Source: Candidatus Aenigmatarchaeota archaeon
Lineage (GTDB): Archaea; Aenigmatarchaeota; Aenigmatarchaeia; QMZP01; QMZT01
DNA: 64,000 nt
NCBI GenBank assembly: GCA_963726265.1
Contig: CAVSBQ010000002.1
Span: forward strand, 416,001-480,000
Direction of reading: 5' to 3'
A program made the position numbers and the translations under genes. The notes below the pieces were generated by a model. The model did no database searches. It was not told the origin of the DNA and saw only the letters and a program-made list of their open reading frames with translations. The stretch's first letter is position 1; every line of letters starts with the position of its first letter. Shown piece by piece: positions 38,980 to 49,150 of the stretch.

Positions 38980-40072
38980 TTATCTTGTGCCAGTACAGTT
39001 TGGCAAGATGCAGCAGGTATTCCATGTTCTCCTTCATGCCAAGCTTGCTCTTGCCTTTCCTGCGGTCGACGAATACGTAAGGTATTTCGGTTATTTTTTT
39101 CGAGCCGCTTTTAACGAATACTTCCAGGCCTATTTTATAGCCGCTGGGATTAAGAGTTTTCCCTTCCATGACGCCTCTCTTGAAAAAAAAGAAGCCTGAC
39201 ATGGGATCCTTGACTCCCGTGAGCGGCTTTGCCAGAAGCCCCGCCGTTTTCGAGACCACTTTTCTTTTTACCGACCAGCCGCTTATGCTGCCGCCGGCGG
39301 CGTATCTGCTGCCTATTGTTATGTCTGCTTTGTCCTCCAGCAAAGGCCTTACAAGGTCCGGTATGGCTTCGGGCGGGTGCGACAGGTCAGCGTCCATGAC
39401 GCCTATTATTTCCCCGTCTGCCGCCTTGAACCCCTCGATTACGGCGGAAGAAAGCCCGAGCTTGCCTGCCCTGCGAACTATCTTTAAAGCGTATTCCCCT
39501 TTCATCTTTTCGGCAGCTTCTGCTGTCCCGTCCGGAGAATTGTCGTCGACGATTACAACCTCACCCTTTATTTTATGGCTGTCAAGGGCACGGAAAACTC
39601 CTGCAACAAGCGCGGCTATGTTTTCGGCCTCGTTGTAAGTCGGCACTATAATCGAGACCAGAGGGTTGCTGCCTATGCCGAACGTCTTCTCCGGCCCGTC
39701 ATAGCGCCATGTGAACCTGATGTTGACAAAATAGTTCCAGGAAAAAACGACAATTATCGCCAATATGTTTGAAACAAGATAATAGATGCCAAAGAACATC
39801 GTGAAACAGAAAAGGAGCGTAACATTTATCGCGAGGGCCGCCAGTGAAACTGCATTGTATTTGCCGAACCTTTTCTTCACACTGTCCTTTTTATTTCTGT
39901 CGCTGAACGTCCATCTCTCGTTAAGCAGGAAATTGGTTATTATGCTCGTTTCGACTGCGATAATGCCGGACAAGACGAAATAAAAGCCGAAAGTGTCAGT
40001 CAGCAGGAACAGCAGTATTTCGTTCACGGCAAGGCCGCTCAGGCCGACTGCAGCGAATTTGCCTATCCTCAT
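38972..40072 (-). CDS. GtrA-domain + polyprenol-phosphate mannose synthase (GT2) fusion
   Basis: N-terminal GtrA (NFLLNERWTF), VPTYNE, DDNSPDGT, MDADLSH. Confidence 0.92.
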   Translation of the reverse strand: MRIGKFAAVGLSGLAVNEILLFLLTDTFGFYFVLSGIIAVETSIITNFLLNERWTFSDRNKKDSVKKRFGKYNAVSLAALAINVTLLFCFTMFFGIYYLVSNILAIIVVFSWNYFVNIRFTWRYDGPEKTFGIGSNPLVSIIVPTYNEAENIAALVAGVFRALDSHKIKGEVVIVDDNSPDGTAEAAEKMKGEYALKIVRRAGKLGLSSAVIEGFKAADGEIIGVMDADLSHPPEAIPDLVRPLLEDKADITIGSRYAAGGSISGWSVKRKVVSKTAGLLAKPLTGVKDPMSGFFFFKRGVMEGKTLNPSGYKIGLEVFVKSGSKKITEIPYVFVDRRKGKSKLGMKENMEYLLHLAKLYWHKINE

Positions 40073-41163
40073 TTCAGGACCTCGCTTATCAAAACCGTGG
40101 CATACGCGCCTTTCGGGAGCGCGAATTTCAGAGTGCACTTAAGCTTGCCTTCATTGATATCGTCGTCCGCGAATGCCCAGTCAAGGCCTTCCGCATTCGC
40201 CATCCTCTGCCTCTCAGTCCCCTCGCTGGAAAGCTCCGGCATGGATTTTATCCTGAAATCCCCGGCGCGAACGCCCTCGCCGTCCAGGATTTTTTCTATT
40301 TGTTTTGCTGTCTTATATTTCGAGACGTCGGTGTTAAAGCCTATCACAGGCAGCACGTCCTCTTTCGATGTCTTCGCAATCTCGTTCCACAGGTAAGACT
40401 GGTAAGCATGCACAAGCATCATGCGCATCTTCTTCGGCAGCCTGCGCAACGCGCCTGCGTAATCGTTCGCTTCGCGCGCGAGATGATTGAGAAGCGTTAT
40501 TTCGTTTCCGAGCACACGAGGACATTCCCTGAGGCCCTGGTGCACGTCCTTCGTTTCTTTCAGGCGTTTCCTGAATTCCACTATATGCTCGTCTTTATCG
40601 CCCTCGTTGGTAAGATATAGCCACACGGCTTCGCCAAGCCTGTTCCTGATTATCTCCCTGCCGACCAGATGCGTATCTCCTCGAATGCCGAACCTCTGCT
40701 CCCCGAAGTAATTTATGAAGCCGTTTTTCCTGATTTTTTCGAGGTTGCCTTCGATTTTTTTCATCTCGTTTTTTTCGATATCCCTGACCGTTATCTCAAA
40801 CTCGTTCCCGCGCAGGTCGCCCAAGTTTATGCGTTCCTGCGATTCTTCGAAGTTCGAAAGCTCGATGTCCCTGAGCCTGACTTCCTTAAGCTTCTCAATG
40901 GACACATTCCAAACCGATATCTTCTGCGTCGTTACGCCGCGCTTGTCCTTTGTGCCGGCATAGCCGAAGCGCTTTGGAGACACGCCGAGCCTGCGCGACA
41001 GGATTTTCAGGCAGCGGAAAAGGTCGTAATTGCGCTTCGTCAGGTTGAACCAGACGTAAGACCCGTTCTTCTCTTCGCCTGACTTCCACCCTTCCCTCGG
41101 CGCCTGCTTCTCGAAAATTTCGCGCACGACAAAATCCTCCGGAAGCTGCTTTATTGTTACCAT
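40069..41163 (-). CDS. truD: tRNA pseudouridine(13) synthase TruD
   Basis: PEDFVVRE, YAGTKDK, NYFGEQRFG, LPKGAYAT. Confidence 0.96.
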   Translation of the reverse strand: MVTIKQLPEDFVVREIFEKQAPREGWKSGEEKNGSYVWFNLTKRNYDLFRCLKILSRRLGVSPKRFGYAGTKDKRGVTTQKISVWNVSIEKLKEVRLRDIELSNFEESQERINLGDLRGNEFEITVRDIEKNEMKKIEGNLEKIRKNGFINYFGEQRFGIRGDTHLVGREIIRNRLGEAVWLYLTNEGDKDEHIVEFRKRLKETKDVHQGLRECPRVLGNEITLLNHLAREANDYAGALRRLPKKMRMMLVHAYQSYLWNEIAKTSKEDVLPVIGFNTDVSKYKTAKQIEKILDGEGVRAGDFRIKSMPELSSEGTERQRMANAEGLDWAFADDDINEGKLKCTLKFALPKGAYATVLISEVLK

Positions 41164-41265
41164 GCTAAGTATATTGTATAATTAATTTTAAAGGGAAGAC
41201 CAACACCAAACTGAAAATTTATAAATCCGAAACCGGTTATAGATAAACTCGGGGAAGGGAACACC

Positions 41266-42909
41266 ATGGATTTCAGAAAAAAGCTCGATGCAGCGCTTTC
41301 GAAGCACAATGACGTCAGGAGGAACACGAGGCGCGAGGAGCTCATACAGGACGTCATAGAAAAGAAAGAAGCGATTGTTTCAGCGAACGGCGCGCTTGCC
41401 AAATGGACGCCGCCCGAGTCTACTGGCCGCAGCCCGAAAGACACGTACATCGTCAAGGACAAAGAGACGACGAAGACCGTGGACTGGGATTCGCCGAACA
41501 GCAATCCTATGACCTTCGAAACCTTTTCCATGCTTCTCGAGGACGCACTGAAAACGCTCTCGAAGAAAAAGACGCTTTACGTCAAGAACCGCACGCTTGG
41601 AGCCGACACTTCATATTCGCTGCCCGTCCGGATAGTCACGGACAGCGCGCTGACGTCGCTTTTCACCTACCACATGTTCAGGCCCGTGCAGAAGGGCATA
41701 GAAAAAAGCGTGCTCGCGGACATGGAGTTCGTCCTGCTCGCGGTGCCATATGACAAGCTCAATCCCGAAATATACAAAGGCAGGCTTCGCGTGACGGAAA
41801 ACGGAGCAACGTCTAACATGGCAATCGCCATCGACTTCGCCAACAGGATAGGCGTCGTATTCGGCTCTTCATACTGCGGCAGCGTAAAGAAACTGATGTT
41901 CACAGTCATGAATTACATCCTCCCATCGAAGGGCATACTCCCTTTGCATTGCTCCGCCAACGAAGGAAAGCGAGGCGACATGGCACTCTTCCTCGGGCTT
42001 TCAGGAACGGGCAAGACCACGCTTTCAGCCGATCCCGAACGCTCGCTGCTCGGCGATGACGAGCACGGCTGGAATGAAAGAGGCATAGCGAATTTCGAGA
42101 ACGGCTGCTACGCGAAGCTGATAAACCTGAACCCGAAGAAGGAGCCGGAGATATACAACGCCATAATGCACAAGGATATCCACACGCAGCACGGCGCAAT
42201 CGTGGAAAACGCGATGATTTATCCTGACGGCACGTTCGATTTCTCCGACGCTCGTTTCACCGAGAATTCGAGGGGCTCGTATCCGCTCGAATACCTCTCA
42301 AACACAAAGGCGTCGTCCGTAGGCGGCCATCCGAAGACCATCATATTCCTGACGGCGGACGCGAATGGCGTGCTGCCGCCTGTTGCCAGGCTCACCGAAG
42401 CCCAGGCAATGATGTGGTTCCTGATGGGCTACACGAGCAAACTGGCAGGAACGGAGACGGGCATAATAGAACCGAAGACGACGTTCTCCCGCTTCTTCGG
42501 CGAACCGTTCATGCCGAGGAACCCGGACGTATATGCGGGCATGCTCGGGGAGAAAATGAAGAAACATAAAGCGAACGTTTATCTCGTCAACACGGGTTGG
42601 AGCGGCGGGCCATACGGTGTCGGCAAAAGAATCGATATTGACGTCACGAGAAAAATAATCACCGCTGCTCTCAACGGCGATCTTGAAAAGGCGAAATGTG
42701 AGGAAAACAAACTATTCCACGTCATGGTTCCAAGGTCATGCCCTGGCGTGCCGAGCGAAATGCTCGACCCGAGGCACACGTGGAGCGACAAAAGCGCATA
42801 CGACGAGCGCGCTAAGAAGCTCGCCGGCGAGTTCTCGAAACATTTCGACAAGGCGTACGGCAAGAAGGGCTTGGACAAGGCGATCGAGAGCGAATGCCCG
42901 GGAAAATGA
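41266..42909 (+). CDS. pckA: PEP carboxykinase (ATP)
   Basis: TGRSPKD, HCSAN, GLSGTGKTTLS, GDDEHGW, GCYAK, YLVNTGW. Confidence 0.97.
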   Translation: MDFRKKLDAALSKHNDVRRNTRREELIQDVIEKKEAIVSANGALAKWTPPESTGRSPKDTYIVKDKETTKTVDWDSPNSNPMTFETFSMLLEDALKTLSKKKTLYVKNRTLGADTSYSLPVRIVTDSALTSLFTYHMFRPVQKGIEKSVLADMEFVLLAVPYDKLNPEIYKGRLRVTENGATSNMAIAIDFANRIGVVFGSSYCGSVKKLMFTVMNYILPSKGILPLHCSANEGKRGDMALFLGLSGTGKTTLSADPERSLLGDDEHGWNERGIANFENGCYAKLINLNPKKEPEIYNAIMHKDIHTQHGAIVENAMIYPDGTFDFSDARFTENSRGSYPLEYLSNTKASSVGGHPKTIIFLTADANGVLPPVARLTEAQAMMWFLMGYTSKLAGTETGIIEPKTTFSRFFGEPFMPRNPDVYAGMLGEKMKKHKANVYLVNTGWSGGPYGVGKRIDIDVTRKIITAALNGDLEKAKCEENKLFHVMVPRSCPGVPSEMLDPRHTWSDKSAYDERAKKLAGEFSKHFDKAYGKKGLDKAIESECPGK

Positions 42910-42982
42910 ATTTTTAATTGGTCAAATAACCCATAATGGTAGATAATTAGAATTTAAAGTGCGAAATAATGAATTATAAAAT

Positions 42983-43528
42983 ATGGGGTATGCAATCCTC
43001 ATATTTTCATTAGTAATATTAGTTGTCATTTTTAGTTCTGGATGTACAAGTCTGGATTCTTTCAGAAATAATTTAAATGAATCTGGCTTGCCAAATACCT
43101 GCGGAAACAGCGTCATAGACAACGGCGAACTTTGCGACAATCCTGATTTAAATGGAAGGAATTGCCAAAGTTTTGGCTTTTCTAATGGAACTCTTCTATG
43201 TACTAATTGTAATTTTGATACTAGCAAATGTTTCAATGATTTCTGCAATCACGATTTGTTTTGCGATATTAAAGAAGATTATCAGAATTGCCCATCAGAT
43301 TGTGAAGCACCTAACAATATTTCAAATGAGACAAATGGTTCGGTTATCGTAGGCGATGGAGGGATCAGCGGAAGCGGTTCGTCTAAGGATAAAGTTGAAG
43401 AACAAACTCAAACTAGCGTAACTATTTGTCAAAATGCGCAAAATGGTGGTTTATGCAATGGATTGGATTTGACTTACGGGGATGGCTACAAGAATTTGTG
43501 TTGTGGTGAGCATGGAATTTGTTGCTAA
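42983..43528 (+). CDS. Cys-rich lipoprotein
   Basis: Lipobox IFSSGC; CGNSVIDNGELCD and NCPSDC motifs; low GC. Confidence 0.75.
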   Translation: MGYAILIFSLVILVVIFSSGCTSLDSFRNNLNESGLPNTCGNSVIDNGELCDNPDLNGRNCQSFGFSNGTLLCTNCNFDTSKCFNDFCNHDLFCDIKEDYQNCPSDCEAPNNISNETNGSVIVGDGGISGSGSSKDKVEEQTQTSVTICQNAQNGGLCNGLDLTYGDGYKNLCCGEHGICC

Positions 43529-45917
43529 AGTAATGTCATTAGGCATCTTTGCGCTTCTTTCAATAGTAATTACGGCTAGTGTGGTATCCGCAGTGGTTGA
43601 AGTATGTGATATTTCCGAGTTAAAACATGCATTGAAGAATGGACTTTTAGACTACTATCAAAATCCATATGGAAGCACACTAGACAATAAAGAGTTGAAG
43701 GATTTGCTCTATTTTTACCAGAACACATCTGAAAATGTGACTGCTTACTGCAACGGTGTGGGAGCATATTCCAATATGCCTTACAAAAACATTTTCGAGG
43801 AAGCAAAGGATATTGATGTAAATTTCCTTACATGTTCTGATGGAACTCCATTTGGTGAATGCTCTGCGCAAAAACCAAAATATTGCTTTATCGGAATATT
43901 GATAAACTTTTGCGGAAGATGCGGATGCCCAGAAGGGCAGGTCTGCGAAAGGGATAAAAATTGGTTCCCGAAGTTTAGCAGATGGCTTGGCGAATGCATT
44001 CCCACTGTAAATAACGTCACATGCAATGTTAATTCGGACTGCGGAGATAATGGGTTTATAGGAGACTTTTTCTGCAAAAACAACGATGTTTACAGAAATT
44101 ATATATATTATAACTGCACAAGTCCTGGGGCTTCTAATTCTTCTTGTATTAATCGTACTTCATCAGTCATTATCGATGATTGCGGAAATAATGAATACTG
44201 TTTGGAAGGAAATTTTACTTGTCAAATAAACAAAACAAACATGTGTTCAGATGGCACATTAAATAATGAGTGTTCCTTGGACAAGCCATTTTATTGCCTA
44301 AATAGCAATTTAACCAAAAGATGCGATATTTGCGGCTGCTTTGGAAATTTGATTTGCCAGTCCAACGGAAGCTGTGAATCTCCCAAGTGTTCTGATGGAA
44401 CTGAGTATGACCATTGTTCGATAAATAAGCCGAAATTTTGCGCGAATGGAAATCTGATTGATAACTGCACCATATGCGGATGCACTTCGGGTTACACCTG
44501 CAAGTTAAACAGAACATGCATGCAGACGTGCAATGATAGCACGCAATATGATACATGTTCCCAGACGAAACCACTATATTGCAGCAACGGCACGTTAATT
44601 AGCAAATGCGATGTTTGTGGGTGCAATTCATATGAAGAATGCAACAGCAATGGCACTTGTTCTGTATTAAGATGTTCGGACGGAACCCCATACAATCAAT
44701 GCTCTGCGACAAAGCCTCTCTACTGTAAAGCAAATGCTTATGCTAGCTATTTAAAAACCAATTGTTCATTTTGTGGTTGCGAGCCAAATACAGTATGCAA
44801 TCCTGAAGGTGGAAATTGTATAAGCAATTCCTTTGAAGTCAATCCTGGATGCGACTTTGATGTTATTACTAACGGTATAGATGCTATGACAGATTGCGGG
44901 TTGGATTGCTTTAGAATAACCAAAGGTACGAAACATTGGCTGAGATGGGGGAATAGTTGGGTATATTACGGAGAGGATACTGGCAGCGCCGAAGGTGATA
45001 GGGAAACCACTAAAAATGATGTTACTGCTTATTGGAGGAAGTATAACACTCCAGCGTGCAAGAATGATGGTTCTTTCGAGGTGAATCCTGGTTGTGATTC
45101 GGATGTTATAGCAAGTGGAATTGATGATATGAGCGATTGTGGTGTTGATTGTTTGAGAATAATAAAAGGTAATAAATATTGGTTGAGGTGGGGAGAAACA
45201 TGGTTGTATTATGGAGAAAATCCAACAAAAGGTGAAGGGGATAGGGAAACTTCAAAACAGGATATAACTGCTTATTGGAGGAAATACAACTCTCCAGCAT
45301 GTAAAAATGATGGTTCTTTCGAGGTGAATCCTGGTTGTGATTCGGATGTTATTGCGAATGGTGTTGATTCTATGACCGATTGTGGTATTGATTGCTTTGC
45401 AATTACAAAGGGTAAAAAACTATGGAGAAGATGGGGAGAGACCTGGATTTTTTACGGAGAAGATTTAGGTTATGCTGAAGGAGATAGGGAAACTACGAAG
45501 CAAGATATCACTGCATACTGGAGAAAATACAATACTCCGGCATGCAAGAATAATGGTTCATTTGAAGTAAACCCAGGATGCGATCCTGATGTCATGACAG
45601 AGGGAATTGACTCAATGACAGATTGCGGGTTGGATTGCTTTAGAATAACCAAAGGTACGAAACATTGGCTGAGATGGGGGAATAATTGGGTATATTACGG
45701 AGAGGATGCAGGCCAGGAAGATGATAGAGAAACCAGTAAAAATGATATCACTGCATACTGGAGAAAATACAATACTCCGGCATGCAGCAATGGCAATATT
45801 TCATTTGCTTCTATTGATGATGTGCAAAATATTTATGGTTCAAGAATATCATTTTCTGGTATGATAACCAATTCGATAAATTCGATTTTGAAATTTATTT
45901 ATTCGTTGATGACTTAA
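43512..45917 (+). CDS. Large secreted Cys-rich repeat protein with four hemopexin-like repeats
   Basis: Signal peptide; about 5 CSDGT...KPxYC...CxxCGC repeats; four ~81-aa repeats. Confidence 0.85.
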   Translation: MEFVAKVMSLGIFALLSIVITASVVSAVVEVCDISELKHALKNGLLDYYQNPYGSTLDNKELKDLLYFYQNTSENVTAYCNGVGAYSNMPYKNIFEEAKDIDVNFLTCSDGTPFGECSAQKPKYCFIGILINFCGRCGCPEGQVCERDKNWFPKFSRWLGECIPTVNNVTCNVNSDCGDNGFIGDFFCKNNDVYRNYIYYNCTSPGASNSSCINRTSSVIIDDCGNNEYCLEGNFTCQINKTNMCSDGTLNNECSLDKPFYCLNSNLTKRCDICGCFGNLICQSNGSCESPKCSDGTEYDHCSINKPKFCANGNLIDNCTICGCTSGYTCKLNRTCMQTCNDSTQYDTCSQTKPLYCSNGTLISKCDVCGCNSYEECNSNGTCSVLRCSDGTPYNQCSATKPLYCKANAYASYLKTNCSFCGCEPNTVCNPEGGNCISNSFEVNPGCDFDVITNGIDAMTDCGLDCFRITKGTKHWLRWGNSWVYYGEDTGSAEGDRETTKNDVTAYWRKYNTPACKNDGSFEVNPGCDSDVIASGIDDMSDCGVDCLRIIKGNKYWLRWGETWLYYGENPTKGEGDRETSKQDITAYWRKYNSPACKNDGSFEVNPGCDSDVIANGVDSMTDCGIDCFAITKGKKLWRRWGETWIFYGEDLGYAEGDRETTKQDITAYWRKYNTPACKNNGSFEVNPGCDPDVMTEGIDSMTDCGLDCFRITKGTKHWLRWGNNWVYYGEDAGQEDDRETSKNDITAYWRKYNTPACSNGNISFASIDDVQNIYGSRISFSGMITNSINSILKFIYSLMT
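44829..45790 (+). repeat. Four intragenic 243-bp tandem repeats
   Basis: Units start at 44829, 45072, 45315, 45558. Confidence 0.95.
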
Positions 45918-45920
45918 ATT

Positions 45921-46580
45921 TTATACAAATCCCAGACCTTCAGCTATCAGCCCCATCTCCGCCCCGCTCGTGTGGTCACCTGCAATGAAGCCATGCGAGT
46001 TCGCAATCAGGCCGGACTTGACCCACTGGTTGCCGAAATTTATGGAACCCGGAAGGACAGGGACGCCCAGTATCTTCTCGAGCAGCTTCTTCTCCTTCTC
46101 GCTCGCCTCCTTGTAAACCAGGCAGCCTTTAGAATTAGCGACGGCGAGAGAGCCGACGAGCTCCATGTCGCCGATGGTCCCGACGGCTGTTTCAACATCA
46201 AGGAAGTCACTTATGGCCTTCCTGTACTCTCCGATTTCTTTCGAGATGATGCAGCCCTTGTCGTTCGCCAAAATCAGATTGCCCATGGCAGTGTGCCTTG
46301 CTTCGAGCACGAGCACGTCGACCTGATGCCTTAGCTGGGCTATCTCATCGTCGTAAAGCTTGTCGGATACGATGATGCCGCGTGAGTTGCCTGCGCAGAA
46401 GATGCCGAGGAACCCGGTTTGCAGGACGCTCGCCTGGTGGACAGGAACCTTGAGCGTGTTTCCAAGGAGTTTCGCATCCCTGCCGCGCAGGAACCTGCTC
46501 ATGAGGCAGAACTTGTCAGTCGCGAAGGCGAAAAGTCCTATGTTCGGGTTGCTCTGGAAATTGAGCGTGGAGAATTTCAT
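45921..46580 (-). CDS. eif6: Translation initiation factor aIF6
   Basis: NPNIGLF, GNLILANDKG, ANSKG, ANSHG repeats; next to rpl31e. Confidence 0.95.
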   Translation of the reverse strand: MKFSTLNFQSNPNIGLFAFATDKFCLMSRFLRGRDAKLLGNTLKVPVHQASVLQTGFLGIFCAGNSRGIIVSDKLYDDEIAQLRHQVDVLVLEARHTAMGNLILANDKGCIISKEIGEYRKAISDFLDVETAVGTIGDMELVGSLAVANSKGCLVYKEASEKEKKLLEKILGVPVLPGSINFGNQWVKSGLIANSHGFIAGDHTSGAEMGLIAEGLGFV

Positions 46581-46649
46581 AACAATCATTCCATAAGAAC
46601 CAATTGTTTTTGAATTGGATTAAGCGGCTTAAACGCACGGGCGCGAAGC

Positions 46650-47192
46650 TCATGCCTTCTGTTTTTCTTCCGAGGCTTCGACTTTTTCGAGCGCTTTTTC
46701 CACGGCGTCTTCCGCCTTCTTGGCTTTGGCCGGCATGGCTTTATCCTGCTTCGTTTCCTCTTCCTTTATAGCCTTCTCGACGATAGCATCGACCTTTTCC
46801 TTGGTGAGCTCCTTGTCGATGCGCTCTTTGAGGGCTTTCTTTGCGTCCTCTTTCTTCGAGCCTTTCCCGGTCAGCCTGTCCCTAAGGCCCTCTATGCCTC
46901 CTCCCTTCTTCGCCTTTTTCTCGGCTATCGCCTCGCCGGGAAGCTTGACGCTGACGCCTTCGATATCTCCGCTGACCTCGACTTTTATCCTGCCTGGCGG
47001 TTTCTGGAAACCGCGCGCAAATATGAGCTCGTTTATGCCTTTCGACAGCGTTATCTTGTCCACCTTCGTGTGGCGCCTCACAAAGTCTCTCACGTCCCTC
47101 ACGGCGCGGTTGCTTCTCTTCGTCCTCGGCTGGCTGACCCATCCGCTTCTGAGCGGGATCGTGTAAACCCTTTCTATCGTCTTTTCTGCCAT
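46650..47192 (-). CDS. rpl31e: 50S ribosomal protein eL31 with long charged C-tail
   Basis: ERVYTIPLR, KRSNRAV, RGFQKPP. Confidence 0.93.
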   Translation of the reverse strand: MAEKTIERVYTIPLRSGWVSQPRTKRSNRAVRDVRDFVRRHTKVDKITLSKGINELIFARGFQKPPGRIKVEVSGDIEGVSVKLPGEAIAEKKAKKGGGIEGLRDRLTGKGSKKEDAKKALKERIDKELTKEKVDAIVEKAIKEEETKQDKAMPAKAKKAEDAVEKALEKVEASEEKQKA

Positions 47193-47197
47193 AAGCA

Positions 47198-47365
47198 TCA
47201 AACCCTCAGCGGGCCGCTCCTCCTGCTCCTCGTGTGGACGCGTATCCTTCTGGTCCTCGCCCTCTTGAGCCCGTATTTCTTTATGTCAGCCCATCTGGGA
47301 GCGGACCTTATCTTGCCCTTCGCAGCCAGGCGAAGCTTCTTTCCGGCCGGTTTGTTCCTGCTCAT
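47198..47365 (-). CDS. rpl39e: 50S ribosomal protein eL39 (not in ORF track)
   Basis: MSRNKPAGKKLRLAAKGKIRSAPRWADIKK...; upstream of rpl31e. Confidence 0.88.
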   Translation of the reverse strand: MSRNKPAGKKLRLAAKGKIRSAPRWADIKKYGLKRARTRRIRVHTRSRRSGPLRV

Positions 47366-47396
47366 AATATCATCCAAGTTAATACTCTTTAATCTC

Positions 47397-47666
47397 TCAT
47401 GCCTTTTTTATCCTGAAATCCTTACTGCCCGAAATCTGCCTCAGGATTTCCGTCATCTGCTCGTCCGTCACGCTGCTTTTCAGCCTTCCCGCCTGGTAAA
47501 CCTGTAGCAGGTAAATTTCTGCCTGCGCGGCGAGTTCGGGGTTTGCGAAGCGCACGCGGCCGAGCCTTTCAAACGCGTCCTTCGTCAGGATGCTGCCCAT
47601 TATTTTTTTCTTCATCATCTCAAGCTGTTCCATCTGCCTGAGCTGATTGTAGTCAACATAATCCAT
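47397..47666 (-). CDS. PDCD5-like DNA-binding protein
   Basis: ILTKDAFERLGRVR, AEIYLLQ; between rps19e and rpl39e. Confidence 0.92.
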   Translation of the reverse strand: MDYVDYNQLRQMEQLEMMKKKIMGSILTKDAFERLGRVRFANPELAAQAEIYLLQVYQAGRLKSSVTDEQMTEILRQISGSKDFRIKKA

Positions 47667-47680
47667 AGTGAACCCGCTGC

Positions 47681-48100
47681 CTATTTGCCCGGGCTTTTAG
47701 AGCCTTTGGCGGCTTCCTTAAGCAACGCTTTTCCCTTCTCGGTAAGCGTCCGCCCTTTGCGCTTCTCCGTCTTTACGAAGCCCGCCTTCTCAAGCTGCTG
47801 CAATATCTCGCGTATCACGGAACCGGAAGCGGGATACCTGTGCTCGGGCTTGTGCCCCCTTCTTTTGCGATGGCCGTAAACCCTTCTGAGCCTCGCCACG
47901 CCAGTGGGGCTTTCGAGATAAAGCTTCCTGAGTATGGAGGCCGACCTGACATACCACCAGTTCTTCTGGGTCGGCGGCCGCTCCATGCATACGCCCGTCT
48001 TCACGAATCTCGCCCACTCCGGCGGCTTCATCTCTTCAAGCTTCTCGAGCTCATGCGAAAGTTTCTCGATAAGCTCGCCTGCTTCCATTTCCTTTATCAT
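47681..48100 (-). CDS. rps19e: 30S ribosomal protein eS19
   Basis: PPEWARFVKTG, WWYVRSASILRK, LQQLE. Confidence 0.96.
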   Translation of the reverse strand: MIKEMEAGELIEKLSHELEKLEEMKPPEWARFVKTGVCMERPPTQKNWWYVRSASILRKLYLESPTGVARLRRVYGHRKRRGHKPEHRYPASGSVIREILQQLEKAGFVKTEKRKGRTLTEKGKALLKEAAKGSKSPGK

Positions 48101-48180
48101 AATGACACCTGTGGTATAATTCTAATGGGTGTATTTATATTGATTTGCCTTTTTTAAGCTTTTAGAGACAAAACAGAAAT

Positions 48181-49104
48181 ATGGAAAGGGGATGGGAAAG
48201 GGACAAAAACGTCCTCGCCGAGAGGTTCGGGAAGGACGAAATCCCCGGTTTTCTTAAGAAGGAATTCGTGGCGAAGGGCAACGAATTCGTCGTTCTCGAG
48301 AAGGACGGCGAGATATACATTGAGAGGGGAGCGGGAAAGCTGATCATAAGCAGCTTCGGCGAGGCTTTCACGGACATCATTCTTGTAGACAAGGCGGAGA
48401 AGACCATCGAAACGTGCATAAAAAACTTCTGCCTTGCCGACGGCAGGGGCGTGGGCATAAAAATCACGCTGAAATTCAGGATATTAAACTCCGACCACAT
48501 GTCGAAAAACCTCATGGGAGAAAGGGGGAAGCTGTTCGCCGAGGACGTGGGCGACCAGCTCATGTCAGACGTCCTGTGCAGGGATGTCCTGCCGAAGCTG
48601 CAGAAAAAGCGGGCCAACGATTTCCTAAAGGAGGACCACAGGGAGAAAACAAAAAGCGATATAGAGGCCGCTGTGAAAAGGAAGTTCAGGGAATGGGGCC
48701 TAATCCTGACATCCGCATCGGTTGACTTCGTCATGCAGACCCTTTCCAGCGAAGCAAGCGAATGCAGCGAAACGCAGAAGACGGGAGAAGAGCTGTCCGG
48801 CCTCGAAAAGGAAAGGCTTGAGAAGGAAGTGAGGATGACGCTCGATAAGAAGCAGATGCAGAGGGACATGGAAGACGCGCTTGAGGCTATCAGACTGAAG
48901 GGCGTGAAGAAAAATGAAAGGAATCTGGACGAAGCCGAAAGTGAGAAGAAGCTGAACGAGGAGCTTGAAACGCTGAAAAAGGCGAAGGAAATAACGGAAA
49001 GGAAGTTCTACAAGAAAGAGCTCTCGGAGGAATCGTTCCAGCGCATGATGGAAGATTTCGAAAAAAGGATGATAGAAATAGAGACCAGGCTGAAACGGAA
49101 ATGA
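48181..49104 (+). CDS. SPFH/band-7-like protein with C-terminal coiled coil
   Basis: EFVVLEKDGE, LADG..V.I, REWGLIL pattern. Confidence 0.6.
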   Translation: MERGWERDKNVLAERFGKDEIPGFLKKEFVAKGNEFVVLEKDGEIYIERGAGKLIISSFGEAFTDIILVDKAEKTIETCIKNFCLADGRGVGIKITLKFRILNSDHMSKNLMGERGKLFAEDVGDQLMSDVLCRDVLPKLQKKRANDFLKEDHREKTKSDIEAAVKRKFREWGLILTSASVDFVMQTLSSEASECSETQKTGEELSGLEKERLEKEVRMTLDKKQMQRDMEDALEAIRLKGVKKNERNLDEAESEKKLNEELETLKKAKEITERKFYKKELSEESFQRMMEDFEKRMIEIETRLKRK

Positions 49105-49150
49105 AACAAAGCTGAAAAAATGGATAAAACTTTTTCTGAACTCTGACGTT

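Noticed and set aside
44829..45790. Diversity-generating retroelement TR/VR pair
   Set aside because: Repeats are in-frame protein units, differences are not adenine-specific, and no reverse transcriptase is in the window
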